Below, in pieces: positions 8,723 to 17,014 of a DNA stretch of 20,000 nucleotides. Origin of the DNA: an uncultured virus (IMG/VR IMGVR_UViG_3300021399_000142) (Duplodnaviria; Heunggongvirae; Uroviricota; Caudoviricetes); IMG/VR virus record IMGVR_UViG_3300021399_000142. One strand, given 5' to 3'. Under the pieces are notes generated by a model, which did no database searches, was not told the DNA's origin, and saw nothing but the letters and a program-made list of their open reading frames with translations. Numbering within the stretch: the first letter of the stretch is position 1; each line of letters begins with the position of its first letter. A program made the translations under genes and the position numbers.

Positions 8723-9394
8723 CTACTGTACTCTCTGAAGCTTAAGACCAGGCTGTCCATCAGGCATTGTATAAACCTTTACAACTACCCAAACCATGCC
8801 TGTAAGAGTCTCACCTTGTGCTGCAGTTACTTTTTCTAACTGGAGAGTCTTAGTGTCTGTATTTTTCTTTGGCTGAAGTGTATCACCGACAGCATAAACA
8901 TTATTACCTGTGAGTATCTTTACCATATTTGTTGTATAAACATCACCAACATTAGTCTTTAAAAGACGTGGTGCAATACCATCCATTCGATATGGATATT
9001 CTGTATGACCATTTAATGTATGTGATTCACCATTCTCAGTCCATGTTGCTGAAGCATTAACACCAGTTGTTTCAGCGCCATCTCCATAACCTGCAGTAGC
9101 AGCTTGAGATGTAACATAGTTGTCACCAACACGAATCATTGCGAAATCCTTATAAGATGTTCTCCAGAAAGGTTCGTATAATTTAATTTCGTTGAATACG
9201 AGCATAGGTTCTGCCATACCAGTAGAATCATCCGCAACAACTTTACCACTTGCATAATCATAGTACATGAATTCTCCGTTTTGAAGAACCTTTACATTTG
9301 TATCAAGTGGAAGACTTGCGTAAATCTGTCCAGTTTTCTGAGCAGATAACTGATTAGGCTCTACCTGTCCATAGCCATTTCTTGTAAATGCCAT
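8723..9394 (-). CDS. Putative capsid decoration/head structural protein, 223 aa
   Basis: Lies between the protease/scaffold and major capsid genes. RBS AAGGAGG; begins GYGQVEPNQLSAQKTGQIYASLP and ends YTMPDGQPGLK. Confidence 0.7.
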   Translation of the reverse strand: MAFTRNGYGQVEPNQLSAQKTGQIYASLPLDTNVKVLQNGEFMYYDYASGKVVADDSTGMAEPMLVFNEIKLYEPFWRTSYKDFAMIRVGDNYVTSQAATAGYGDGAETTGVNASATWTENGESHTLNGHTEYPYRMDGIAPRLLKTNVGDVYTTNMVKILTGNNVYAVGDTLQPKKNTDTKTLQLEKVTAAQGETLTGMVWVVVKVYTMPDGQPGLKLQRVQ

Positions 9395-9409
9395 AATATT
9401 TAATCCTCC

Positions 9410-10828
9410 TTAATTATTGCGGTTTCCATGATTTTCTACTGCCTTTAACCAAGCGGGAAGGTCTTCACTTTCAACGCTATGAAGATTAAAGGTTACAGCA
9501 GGGTTCTGTTCCGCCTCAGAATCATTGTTTTCAAAATTAACTTTCTTTCTTACACAAATAACAGAAAGTTTTGCTTCAATATCATCTAAAGAATATTTAG
9601 ACTTATTGTCGATAACTTCTTTTTTATCCTCATCAGAAAGCATATAAAACTGTGCGATAAGAGCATCTTTCTCTTTGTCTTCAACTGCCTGCTTAAACGC
9701 AAGTAATTCTGCATTCTGCTGCTCTAAAGAAGCATATTTTTCATTGAGTTCATTAAATTGCTGCTCAAGTGCGGCGTATTTTTCTTCAGCCTCTAATTCA
9801 TTTTTAGTAGGTTTTTTCTTTTCGTCGTCTTCCTTGGCATCATCTTGACTATCATCATTGGCGCCATCTTTTTGGTCTTCTTCATTGTCGCCATCTTTTT
9901 CTTTAGTCTTAGTGAACTCCTCTGTATTATTTTGATTTTCAGTGCTTACCTGTTGTTCATTTGTGCCCTGTTCTGCTAAAGAATTTTCTGTAACAACAGA
10001 AGTATCTTCCGCAGGAGCTACTTCAGGTGTCTCTGGAGTAGGATTCTCCATAGTCATCTGTGTAGCAGGAGCATTATTCTCAGGAGCCTGAACATCATTG
10101 TCCAAAGTTACCATTGAATTTCCTCCTTGTTCCTTTAATGAAAAAGTAAGCTCTTTCAAATCTTGCATCATACTGAATAGAGTAGATGTAAATTCATTCG
10201 CTTTTAATGTAAAGCTAGAACTTACTTCTGGAGCTGTTACTGAAGAACCCTCAAAGCAAGGTTCTACGTCTTCTCCTAAAATACACAACTTAGAAAATAT
10301 CGCGTCATTTATTATAAAAAATTCGATACCGCGATTATTGTCTGTTGACCAATGGCCCTTTAATGTTTTTTCATCAAGTTCCATTGAATGTGGACGGCCT
10401 TCATTTATGATTTTCTTAGCTTCTTCATATTGCTCTGTCCATAAATAGCCTTCACACATGAGGTACTCACGGAGTACCTTATTCCCGAATTCATCGGTAT
10501 CCTCAAATTCTTTGAACCAAACTTTTGTATTGATGTCTACAAAACCATACGGCTTAGTTAAACAATTAAATCTTAACCCGTCTCCATCAATAATCATTTG
10601 GTCTCCATGGTCACCAAAATCTTCCTTTTTATTGCTGTAATATCCAACAATAGGTGTACCAGGAAGAGTTTGAGCCATATCCATAGCTACTTCTTTAGTA
10701 ATGTAACTACGATTGCGGTTTTCGCCAAGATATAAAACCTTGACTTCGCACTTTGAAATTAGAGGACTAATTGAAGTTATGTTGATAAACTCAGGAGACT
10801 TTATAGTAGCTATACTAACACCACTCAT
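9410..10828 (-). CDS. Prohead protease-scaffold fusion, 472 aa
   Basis: Follows the portal gene. N-terminal globular domain with candidate catalytic His (GDHG) and Ser (HSMEL), then an acidic low-complexity linker and a coiled-coil C-terminus typical of scaffolds. Confidence 0.75.
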   Translation of the reverse strand: MSGVSIATIKSPEFINITSISPLISKCEVKVLYLGENRNRSYITKEVAMDMAQTLPGTPIVGYYSNKKEDFGDHGDQMIIDGDGLRFNCLTKPYGFVDINTKVWFKEFEDTDEFGNKVLREYLMCEGYLWTEQYEEAKKIINEGRPHSMELDEKTLKGHWSTDNNRGIEFFIINDAIFSKLCILGEDVEPCFEGSSVTAPEVSSSFTLKANEFTSTLFSMMQDLKELTFSLKEQGGNSMVTLDNDVQAPENNAPATQMTMENPTPETPEVAPAEDTSVVTENSLAEQGTNEQQVSTENQNNTEEFTKTKEKDGDNEEDQKDGANDDSQDDAKEDDEKKKPTKNELEAEEKYAALEQQFNELNEKYASLEQQNAELLAFKQAVEDKEKDALIAQFYMLSDEDKKEVIDNKSKYSLDDIEAKLSVICVRKKVNFENNDSEAEQNPAVTFNLHSVESEDLPAWLKAVENHGNRNN

Positions 10829-10839
10829 CGTAGTCCTCC

Positions 10840-12462
10840 TTAACTCATTGATTCTCTATTTTTGATTGTTTTCTCTGATTTTTGGTCATCTGCTAATTCC
10901 TTGCGGCCGGCGCCCTCACTATCAGAACTTACTTTCGATTGAGGGTTCCCGCTTCCCGCCTTACCTGTAATACGATTGAGAGTATCACCATTCATAGTTG
11001 AACTCATAAGCGGAGGAATGAATACATTAACTAAATCTAAAATATCATTTTCAAAGAACGCATTGGCTAAAATACTGCTTTGACTCTGACCTAACGCAAT
11101 CTGCGGTAAGAACTTAGAATAACCAAGTTGAGTCTGCTCTTTATAAAGCTTAGCTAATTCTTTATAATTATAAATTGTGGTAGTCAAAAGTTGAACTTTA
11201 TATTCTACCTTTTTCTTATTATTGAATGGAAGAATTAATTCATTTAAAAATTCTTCGAATTGAAGTAACATATTATACATAGTTGCTTCATCATTCAAAA
11301 TTGATTTTTCCAATGCAATATTACCATCGGTATTAAATTGCATTTGAGATACACCAGCCTCATTATATAACTGACGTTCTACTCTCGCTAAATCATCGGC
11401 CTGAGAATCCGCTTTAGACGCATCCATATCTTCTACTTCAACATCTGCGAAAGTAGTTAATACATCAACACCAATTGCTCGACTAAGCATTTGAACTGCA
11501 TTATTGTGTAATTGCTGCGCTTCTTCAACATCAAATATTAATTCACCATTTTTATCTAGCGGCATTTTTTGCACAACTATCTTGAGTAATCTTTGCATAG
11601 TCTTTTTCTTATCTAAAGCTTGTGCCTCATCCAAATCAATTATAAGAGGAATAACAGAAATAAAAGCTGGGTAATCTTCACCATTTGCTGTAAACTTAAC
11701 TGTTTGCTTAGGGTCTAGGAGATACCAACCTGAAGTGTCACCAGCAAATTCTGGTGGTAACTTACCTTGTTTGTATAACATATAACCTTTAGAGAATTCA
11801 GCAGGGAATAATTTTAACACCCTCATTTTTTGAGTAGTATCTCTAAATTGGTTATCAAAGTACTTCATGTTGAACTCAACCGCTGGCTTTTTTCCATAAT
11901 TAAATCTACTTCTACAATAATCAACAGGGAGCTGTTGTAAAACAACGCCATCTATTGTTTCAACCTTGTATCCGTAGTAAGCGCCATTAAGTAAAACATC
12001 AAGAGCAATTTCACCAAAAGTTTTCTTTACCCCAAACTTATCAAGTGTTGTAATTGAGTCGTAAAAACCTTTCAATATTTTATCCTTCTTCATTGTTTTA
12101 TCATCAATCACATATGGAGTAACGAACCAATCGTATCTATACATAAAAGCCATATATCTCACAATACGACTATAAATACCGCTAATTCTATAAAAGAAAT
12201 TGCTTACTTCTCGCATTGTTTTTAAATCATAATTATCAATAGCTTTAAGTACAGTGCCTTTGTCTGCTAATCTAGGATTAGTTTTTCTTAGCGCTCCTAA
12301 TTTAAGAATAGCATCATCAAGAGTTTTTGCACCAACTTTGATTTTATTAAAATCAATAGGCGGCAACCCTTGATAACCAGTAGGTTGACTAAAGTTGGCA
12401 TCTTGTTGTCCTGCAATAATATTAAAACCCTTTGAGTGGATTTCTTCAAGTCGATTACGCAA
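10840..12462 (-). CDS. Portal protein, 540 aa
   Basis: TTG start after AGGAGG. Size and position between terminase and protease; ends IPPLMSSTM...GAGRKEL. Confidence 0.8.
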   Translation of the reverse strand: MRNRLEEIHSKGFNIIAGQQDANFSQPTGYQGLPPIDFNKIKVGAKTLDDAILKLGALRKTNPRLADKGTVLKAIDNYDLKTMREVSNFFYRISGIYSRIVRYMAFMYRYDWFVTPYVIDDKTMKKDKILKGFYDSITTLDKFGVKKTFGEIALDVLLNGAYYGYKVETIDGVVLQQLPVDYCRSRFNYGKKPAVEFNMKYFDNQFRDTTQKMRVLKLFPAEFSKGYMLYKQGKLPPEFAGDTSGWYLLDPKQTVKFTANGEDYPAFISVIPLIIDLDEAQALDKKKTMQRLLKIVVQKMPLDKNGELIFDVEEAQQLHNNAVQMLSRAIGVDVLTTFADVEVEDMDASKADSQADDLARVERQLYNEAGVSQMQFNTDGNIALEKSILNDEATMYNMLLQFEEFLNELILPFNNKKKVEYKVQLLTTTIYNYKELAKLYKEQTQLGYSKFLPQIALGQSQSSILANAFFENDILDLVNVFIPPLMSSTMNGDTLNRITGKAGSGNPQSKVSSDSEGAGRKELADDQKSEKTIKNRESMS

Positions 12463-12494
12463 TGAGACACCTCCTATTACTCTTCCTATTAAAT

Positions 12495-12523
12495 ATTATA
12501 ACAAAAATTTAGTTCAATGTCAA
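12495..12523 (-). promoter_or_regulatory. SigA-type promoter for the portal/head operon
   Basis: Minus strand TTGACA (12523-12518), 17 nt, TATAAT (12500-12495): perfect consensus. Confidence 0.85.
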
Positions 12524-12556
12524 ATTTCACTAATTTAATGTTTAATAATTCAGTTT

Positions 12557-12922
12557 TTAGTATCCTGCAGCCTTCATAATATAATCATAGTCCATTATCG
12601 CCTCGTCCCAATAGGGAATACAAATCAATGTAATACCATGCTCTGCACAATACCTTTTCTTTTTGGCATCATTATGTTTTTGCTGGTACAAACCTCGCGC
12701 TCCGCCAAATTTTGACTTAGCCTCATAATGTTGAATACCTTGAAATTCAATTAAAAAATCAAGATTTCCGTCATCATCAAAAACTGCAAAATCAAATCTT
12801 AGCTGCTAAAGAGGTCTTCCACTTTCAGCGATTAAATCTGAGAAACTATACTCTTCTTTAAAATTTAATCCAGCTGCATTTAAAATATCTTCAATTTTTA
12901 TTTCTCCTCTGGAAGATCTCAT
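12557..12922 (-). CDS. PD-(D/E)XK (Vsr/DUF559-like) nuclease with one in-frame TAG at codon 39; recoded gene or recent pseudogene
   Basis: Absent from the ORF track. ATG 12922 follows AAGGGGGTG. The 122-codon frame reads MRSSRGEIKIEDIL...SGRPL*QLRFDFAVFDDDGNLDFLIEFQGIQHY...NDAKKKRYCAEHGITLICIPY...AAGY-TAA. The FDF and IEFQG motifs are intact; the TAG is at 12808-12806. Confidence 0.85.
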
Positions 12923-12937
12923 TTACTCACCCCCTTC

Positions 12938-13056
12938 ATGAAAGACCATTCTAGTCTTTCATCTGTGATAGGAGAGACTCCCGCAGTTTGTTGTTCTCCT
13001 ACACAACATGCTTAAATATAAGATTAATGAAGCTTGCTCTCACGGAGGCGAGAGCA
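12938..13056 (-). other. Structured non-coding element: three stems upstream of the nuclease gene
   Basis: Stems at 13056-13035 (9 bp), 13005-12964 (UGUG-UAGGAGA/UCUCCUA-U-CACA) and 12962-12938 (11 bp); the last abuts the RBS. Confidence 0.55.
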
Positions 13057-13146
13057 TTATCTCAAAAAATTAGCTATTCTTTTGTTACCTTCACTAAATA
13101 TAATAAAATTTTTATAATTCTCTTTTACCTAGTCTGTCCAAAAATT

Positions 13147-15791
13147 TTATGAAAAGAACATCATATCTGCTATATTAAACTTCTTACGTTTTCGTTTTCG
13201 CTCTTCTTCCTTCTTAATGTATAAAAGTCCATATACAAAAGCAGAGAATTTATCCTTTTTAATACTTCTATTACTTTGTTTAAGAAGAATATTAACACCT
13301 TCATTCTCCTCCACAAGATTCAACATCTGTGCCTTTAGAACAGAAGTAAGAACAAAAGGACGAAGATATTCATTTCTCTGGTCAGCGTTCATATTCTGCC
13401 CAACTTTTGTCTGTATTAACTTAGCTTTTGCGGCAGACTCGTCTATTAAGAACTTGACCTTACCGCTCGACATTTGAGTCTGAGCATAAGAATAGGCTTC
13501 TGTATTAATAGGAGCATTAGCTTTAATTAGATACATGGCATTTTCTTCTACACCTGGGCCTTTTATTTTCTTATAAAGTTCTGTAGTATCTTCTGCGGTT
13601 CCACCTTCTACTCCGAATGGCGGCAGACTATCTCCAGTTTCTGGATCTACTTGTCCCTTCGTCATAAAGTCGATAAGACCAATACCCAGGCCATTGGCAT
13701 CTATAGCTAGCACCCGCGCCTTATACTTATAGTATAATTTTTTTAAATTAATCGCTTGTACTTCAAAGTCTTCTGCTTCATATGTATAAATATTAACTAA
13801 CGTTTTTAAATCTGCTCCTTGCGGTTGTGGGGTAGCTTTAAATACACAAACCTCAGTCGTACACCCAATCCTGCCCACATCGACACCAAGTACATAATAG
13901 GCTGTTTTTGACGACCTTCCGCTGTACTCATATTCAGGTTGTAACAATACTCGATGTTTATCAAATTTCTCGGCAGAATAAAAAGCGTTTTCTACATCTC
14001 CACTCCAAATGCTTCTATATTCACGATCAAATGAATCATCATTATATGTACCAGAAATTTTAAGCTGATCTACAAAGTCTTCATCCAAAAGTCCTTCTTT
14101 AACCGGCGTTTCAAACGTACCTCCCATTATCATAGCCTGGTCTGGCTCAATAATACTCTGGATTAATAACTCCACAAGCTTGGTATATGCAAACGAATTC
14201 TTCCATCCAGCTGTTGTTATATATACTTGACTTTTGTTAACAACTTCCTCATTATGTCTTGTGCCATCTGGGAGTAATCTATTAACATTAGTTGTAGGAA
14301 TTATTACTTCGTTAAGTATATCGCCATCGATTAGGACACATTCTTCCATCAAACCGCCTGTTCGTCTTTGTCCTCTGGAACTCTGTCTTGCTGCTAAAAT
14401 GTCAATTGTAGAACCATTCTTAAATACATATTTTACATCATCTTTTGATTTCTTAGATACACCTCTATCCCAATTAATCTCATTATTAAGAGGAGGTATA
14501 AGAGTGCATAATTCTTCAATCTTTGCAATAGTAATACTTGCCGCCTGTTCCTTGCCTCCAGTGGTTACGAATAAATGTGAACCAGGATAGAGTATTGCTC
14601 TCAACATAAGAACTAACATCGAGAGAAAAGATTTACTATATGCCATAAATATTCGATATAAAACGCTACTTTTATATCCGTTTTTATAAAACTGCTTTAT
14701 ATTTCTATAAAGATTAGACTATATCACCACCCTCTTTAAAAGATATAAAAAAGAGGGGACTACTTTTTCGAGTAGGCTTCTACTCTACTCCTTTTCAGGA
14801 TAGTCGTTGAACTTTATTTATAAGAGAATGTTTTTCTTTCCGCTTTACCTAGCGGAGTGTTAATATCTTTTGTTAAGTATTTCCATGTTTCTTTTCTTCT
14901 TATTTTAGCTATAAAACTTCTTACAGGTAATCCAGTTATTTGACTTATTTCTTTATCCGTATATTTATTTGTTTTTAATAATTCAATTACTGTTATAGCA
15001 TCTTTTTCAGTATAATGGTTAAAATTTGTACCTTCTCCATTCAAGTAATCGAAATTAGTTAAATGATTTTTAATACTGTGATCTATATTTTGTTTTGGGG
15101 TTACCCATTCAAGATTCTCTAAATTATTATTAGATTTATCTCCATCTTTGTGATTTACTTGCAATTCATTTTGATTTTTAATAGGACTAAAAGCCATTAA
15201 TACCAATCTATGAACACTCTTTAAAGTTGTGCCACCGCCTATTTTCATTAAACTAACTCTATAATATCCATTATTTTCTTTTTTCCACGAAATAATATTA
15301 CCTGTATTTTTATTGATTATTTTGCCCTCATCATTAATCCAATAGCAATCTTTGATTTCAGGGCAAAGCTCACAAATTTGCTTTTCCATAAAAAATTCTC
15401 CTTATAAATCTTAGCTGCTGATTGCCCTCGGCTTTACGTTAGGGGGTCCCAGCAATTAAGTAGTTTTCCTTTAAATATATTACTATATTTACCCCGCCCA
15501 TATTTAACGGGGGAACGTTGCGTACACGTATCTATGTCGTATTACAATTCTTAAGAATATTCTCTGATAAAAATAAAAATGAAAATTTTTAGGGTTATAA
15601 GGATTTTCCTCTCCTTCCGCATACTCATGATTATGCAGTAAATAATCAATTAATAAATCCGGGTATTCTCTGAAGAAAGCGATTAACTGTCTTAATTCAT
15701 TTAATTGCTCTTTAATTCGTTCCTCGGATAAGCCCTGCTTCAAGCCGCTAGAGTGAGAAGCGGATATTTCTAATAAATTTGCTAAACTCAT
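13147..15791 (-). CDS. terL: Terminase large subunit, spliced: exon 1 15791-15507 plus exon 2 14643-13147, 593 aa
   Basis: Joining gives YATFPR|AYSKSF (Walker A-type). Also present: RGQRRTGGLMEE (Walker B region), YITTAG (coupling motif), and LGVDVGR, IDANGLG and KDKFSA (RNase H-like nuclease domain). Confidence 0.92.
14644..15506 (-). mobile_element. Group I intron (IA-like), 863 nt, with an HNH ORF in the P6 region
   Basis: P1: exon CCCCGU pairs with intron GCGGGG (U.G at the splice site). P element AAUUGCUGGGA, Q element GCAAUCAGCAGC, R element UUCAACGACUA, S element GAUAUAGUCUA; P3 ACUACUU/AAGUAGU; P9 CUUUAUA-GAAA-UAUAAAG; terminal G at 14644. Confidence 0.93.
14814..15389 (-). CDS. Intron-encoded HNH homing endonuclease (I-HmuI-like), 191 aa
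   Basis: HNH motif VHRLVLMAF...QVNHKDGDKSNNNLENLEWVTPKQNIDH, a C-terminal HTH-like segment and RBS AAGGAG. Confidence 0.92.
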   Translation of the reverse strand: MEKQICELCPEIKDCYWINDEGKIINKNTGNIISWKKENNGYYRVSLMKIGGGTTLKSVHRLVLMAFSPIKNQNELQVNHKDGDKSNNNLENLEWVTPKQNIDHSIKNHLTNFDYLNGEGTNFNHYTEKDAITVIELLKTNKYTDKEISQITGLPVRSFIAKIRRKETWKYLTKDINTPLGKAERKTFSYK

Positions 15792-16996
15792 TCGGCATTT
15801 GCATCCTCCTTTCCAATTCTATCATCTTGCGCAATGTCTTGCTCAATAGCTTCTTTGAACTCAGTATAATCGTCATCTTTAAGCTCGACATCCTCCAATC
15901 CCATAGCGAGAGCTTCCGCGCGGTCTTTTCTCATTTGGTCAGCCGCTTCTTTATTCTTCAAATACTGCTCTATTTCTTGGGCTAAAGATTTGTCTTCATA
16001 AATCAAAGATTTATTATATCTCTTTAAATCTGCGATAACAGCATCAACGATATCATGATCGGCCTTAATTTCTAATCTAGGTATCTGTCCGCCCTCTTTC
16101 TCACAATAGGCAACTAACTGTCCGGCAGAATCAACAAAATCTGCTTTATCCGCCTTATTCTGCGCTTCCGTGAATTTAGCGGCCTTCATCATAGCATCAT
16201 ATACTCTAGATAATTTCTGATAAGTATCTACATCCCCGCAGTCGATCGCCTGATTCATTTTAAGACTTGTCTTACAGATCATTTTGAGGGTATCAACACG
16301 AGCAGCTCCTTGAATATCAAATGTATCCATAAATTCATTATAAAGCTTCTCAAGGGCTACCCACTCATCCGCCTTATATAGACGCCCCCATTTAAGAGCT
16401 AAATAGATTTTATCTTCTTCTGTTAAATTTTCCGTTACATCTGGAATATCTACCTGTTCAAAATTACTCCCAATAGGATAAGAACTATCATTTTTTAATT
16501 GGGTTGGGTTATTAAAATCGATTTTAGGTTGCGGAGCTTCGATTTGTTGATAAGTCATCCACTGAGCATCAGTAATCTCGCCACGTTCATGCGCTTGCCG
16601 CATCTCTTCCATCTTTTGTTTTACAATCTCTTCAGGTTGTCCTAGTTGTCTAGCTTGAGCTTCCGCCTTTTCTTTGAGTAGTTCAGTATCTGCCCAACTG
16701 TAATCTTTCCATTGTTTTAATTTCATCTTAGACAGATACTTGCCAAATACACTCATACCTGTTATTTTATATGGGTCTTTTTGATATGCTCTGTCTCGAA
16801 GAGTATTCCATTCCGCCTCAATATAAGGAACATCAAATTTTTCTAAGAGCCAAAGGAAAGTATCTGGCTCCCAGTTATTGATGTGCATGGTTAGACAAGC
16901 TTTACATAACTCGCATTTTTCTCCATTTTTATAAGTGTAAAAATTGGTTGAACCCATCGTTTTTCCGCATTTTTGACAATAATGCTGATCAGTCAC
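15788..16996 (-). CDS. Zn-finger protein, putative terminase small subunit, 402 aa
   Basis: GTG start after AGGAGGAG. N-terminal CQKC...CKAC; its stop overlaps the terL start (ATGA). Function by synteny. Confidence 0.6.
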   Translation of the reverse strand: MTDQHYCQKCGKTMGSTNFYTYKNGEKCELCKACLTMHINNWEPDTFLWLLEKFDVPYIEAEWNTLRDRAYQKDPYKITGMSVFGKYLSKMKLKQWKDYSWADTELLKEKAEAQARQLGQPEEIVKQKMEEMRQAHERGEITDAQWMTYQQIEAPQPKIDFNNPTQLKNDSSYPIGSNFEQVDIPDVTENLTEEDKIYLALKWGRLYKADEWVALEKLYNEFMDTFDIQGAARVDTLKMICKTSLKMNQAIDCGDVDTYQKLSRVYDAMMKAAKFTEAQNKADKADFVDSAGQLVAYCEKEGGQIPRLEIKADHDIVDAVIADLKRYNKSLIYEDKSLAQEIEQYLKNKEAADQMRKDRAEALAMGLEDVELKDDDYTEFKEAIEQDIAQDDRIGKEDANAE

Positions 16997-17014
16997 TTAA
17001 TTCTCCTCCTATTC

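Noticed and set aside
12930..13010. Hammerhead or pistol ribozyme in the structured leader
   Set aside because: The sequence reads CAGAUGA...GAAG rather than CUGAUGA...GAAA, and the conserved pistol linker nucleotides are missing.
15504..15791. The 95-aa ORF and the 499-aa ORF at 13147..14646 as separate genes or a terL pseudogene
   Set aside because: They are the two exons of terL flanking a complete group I intron.
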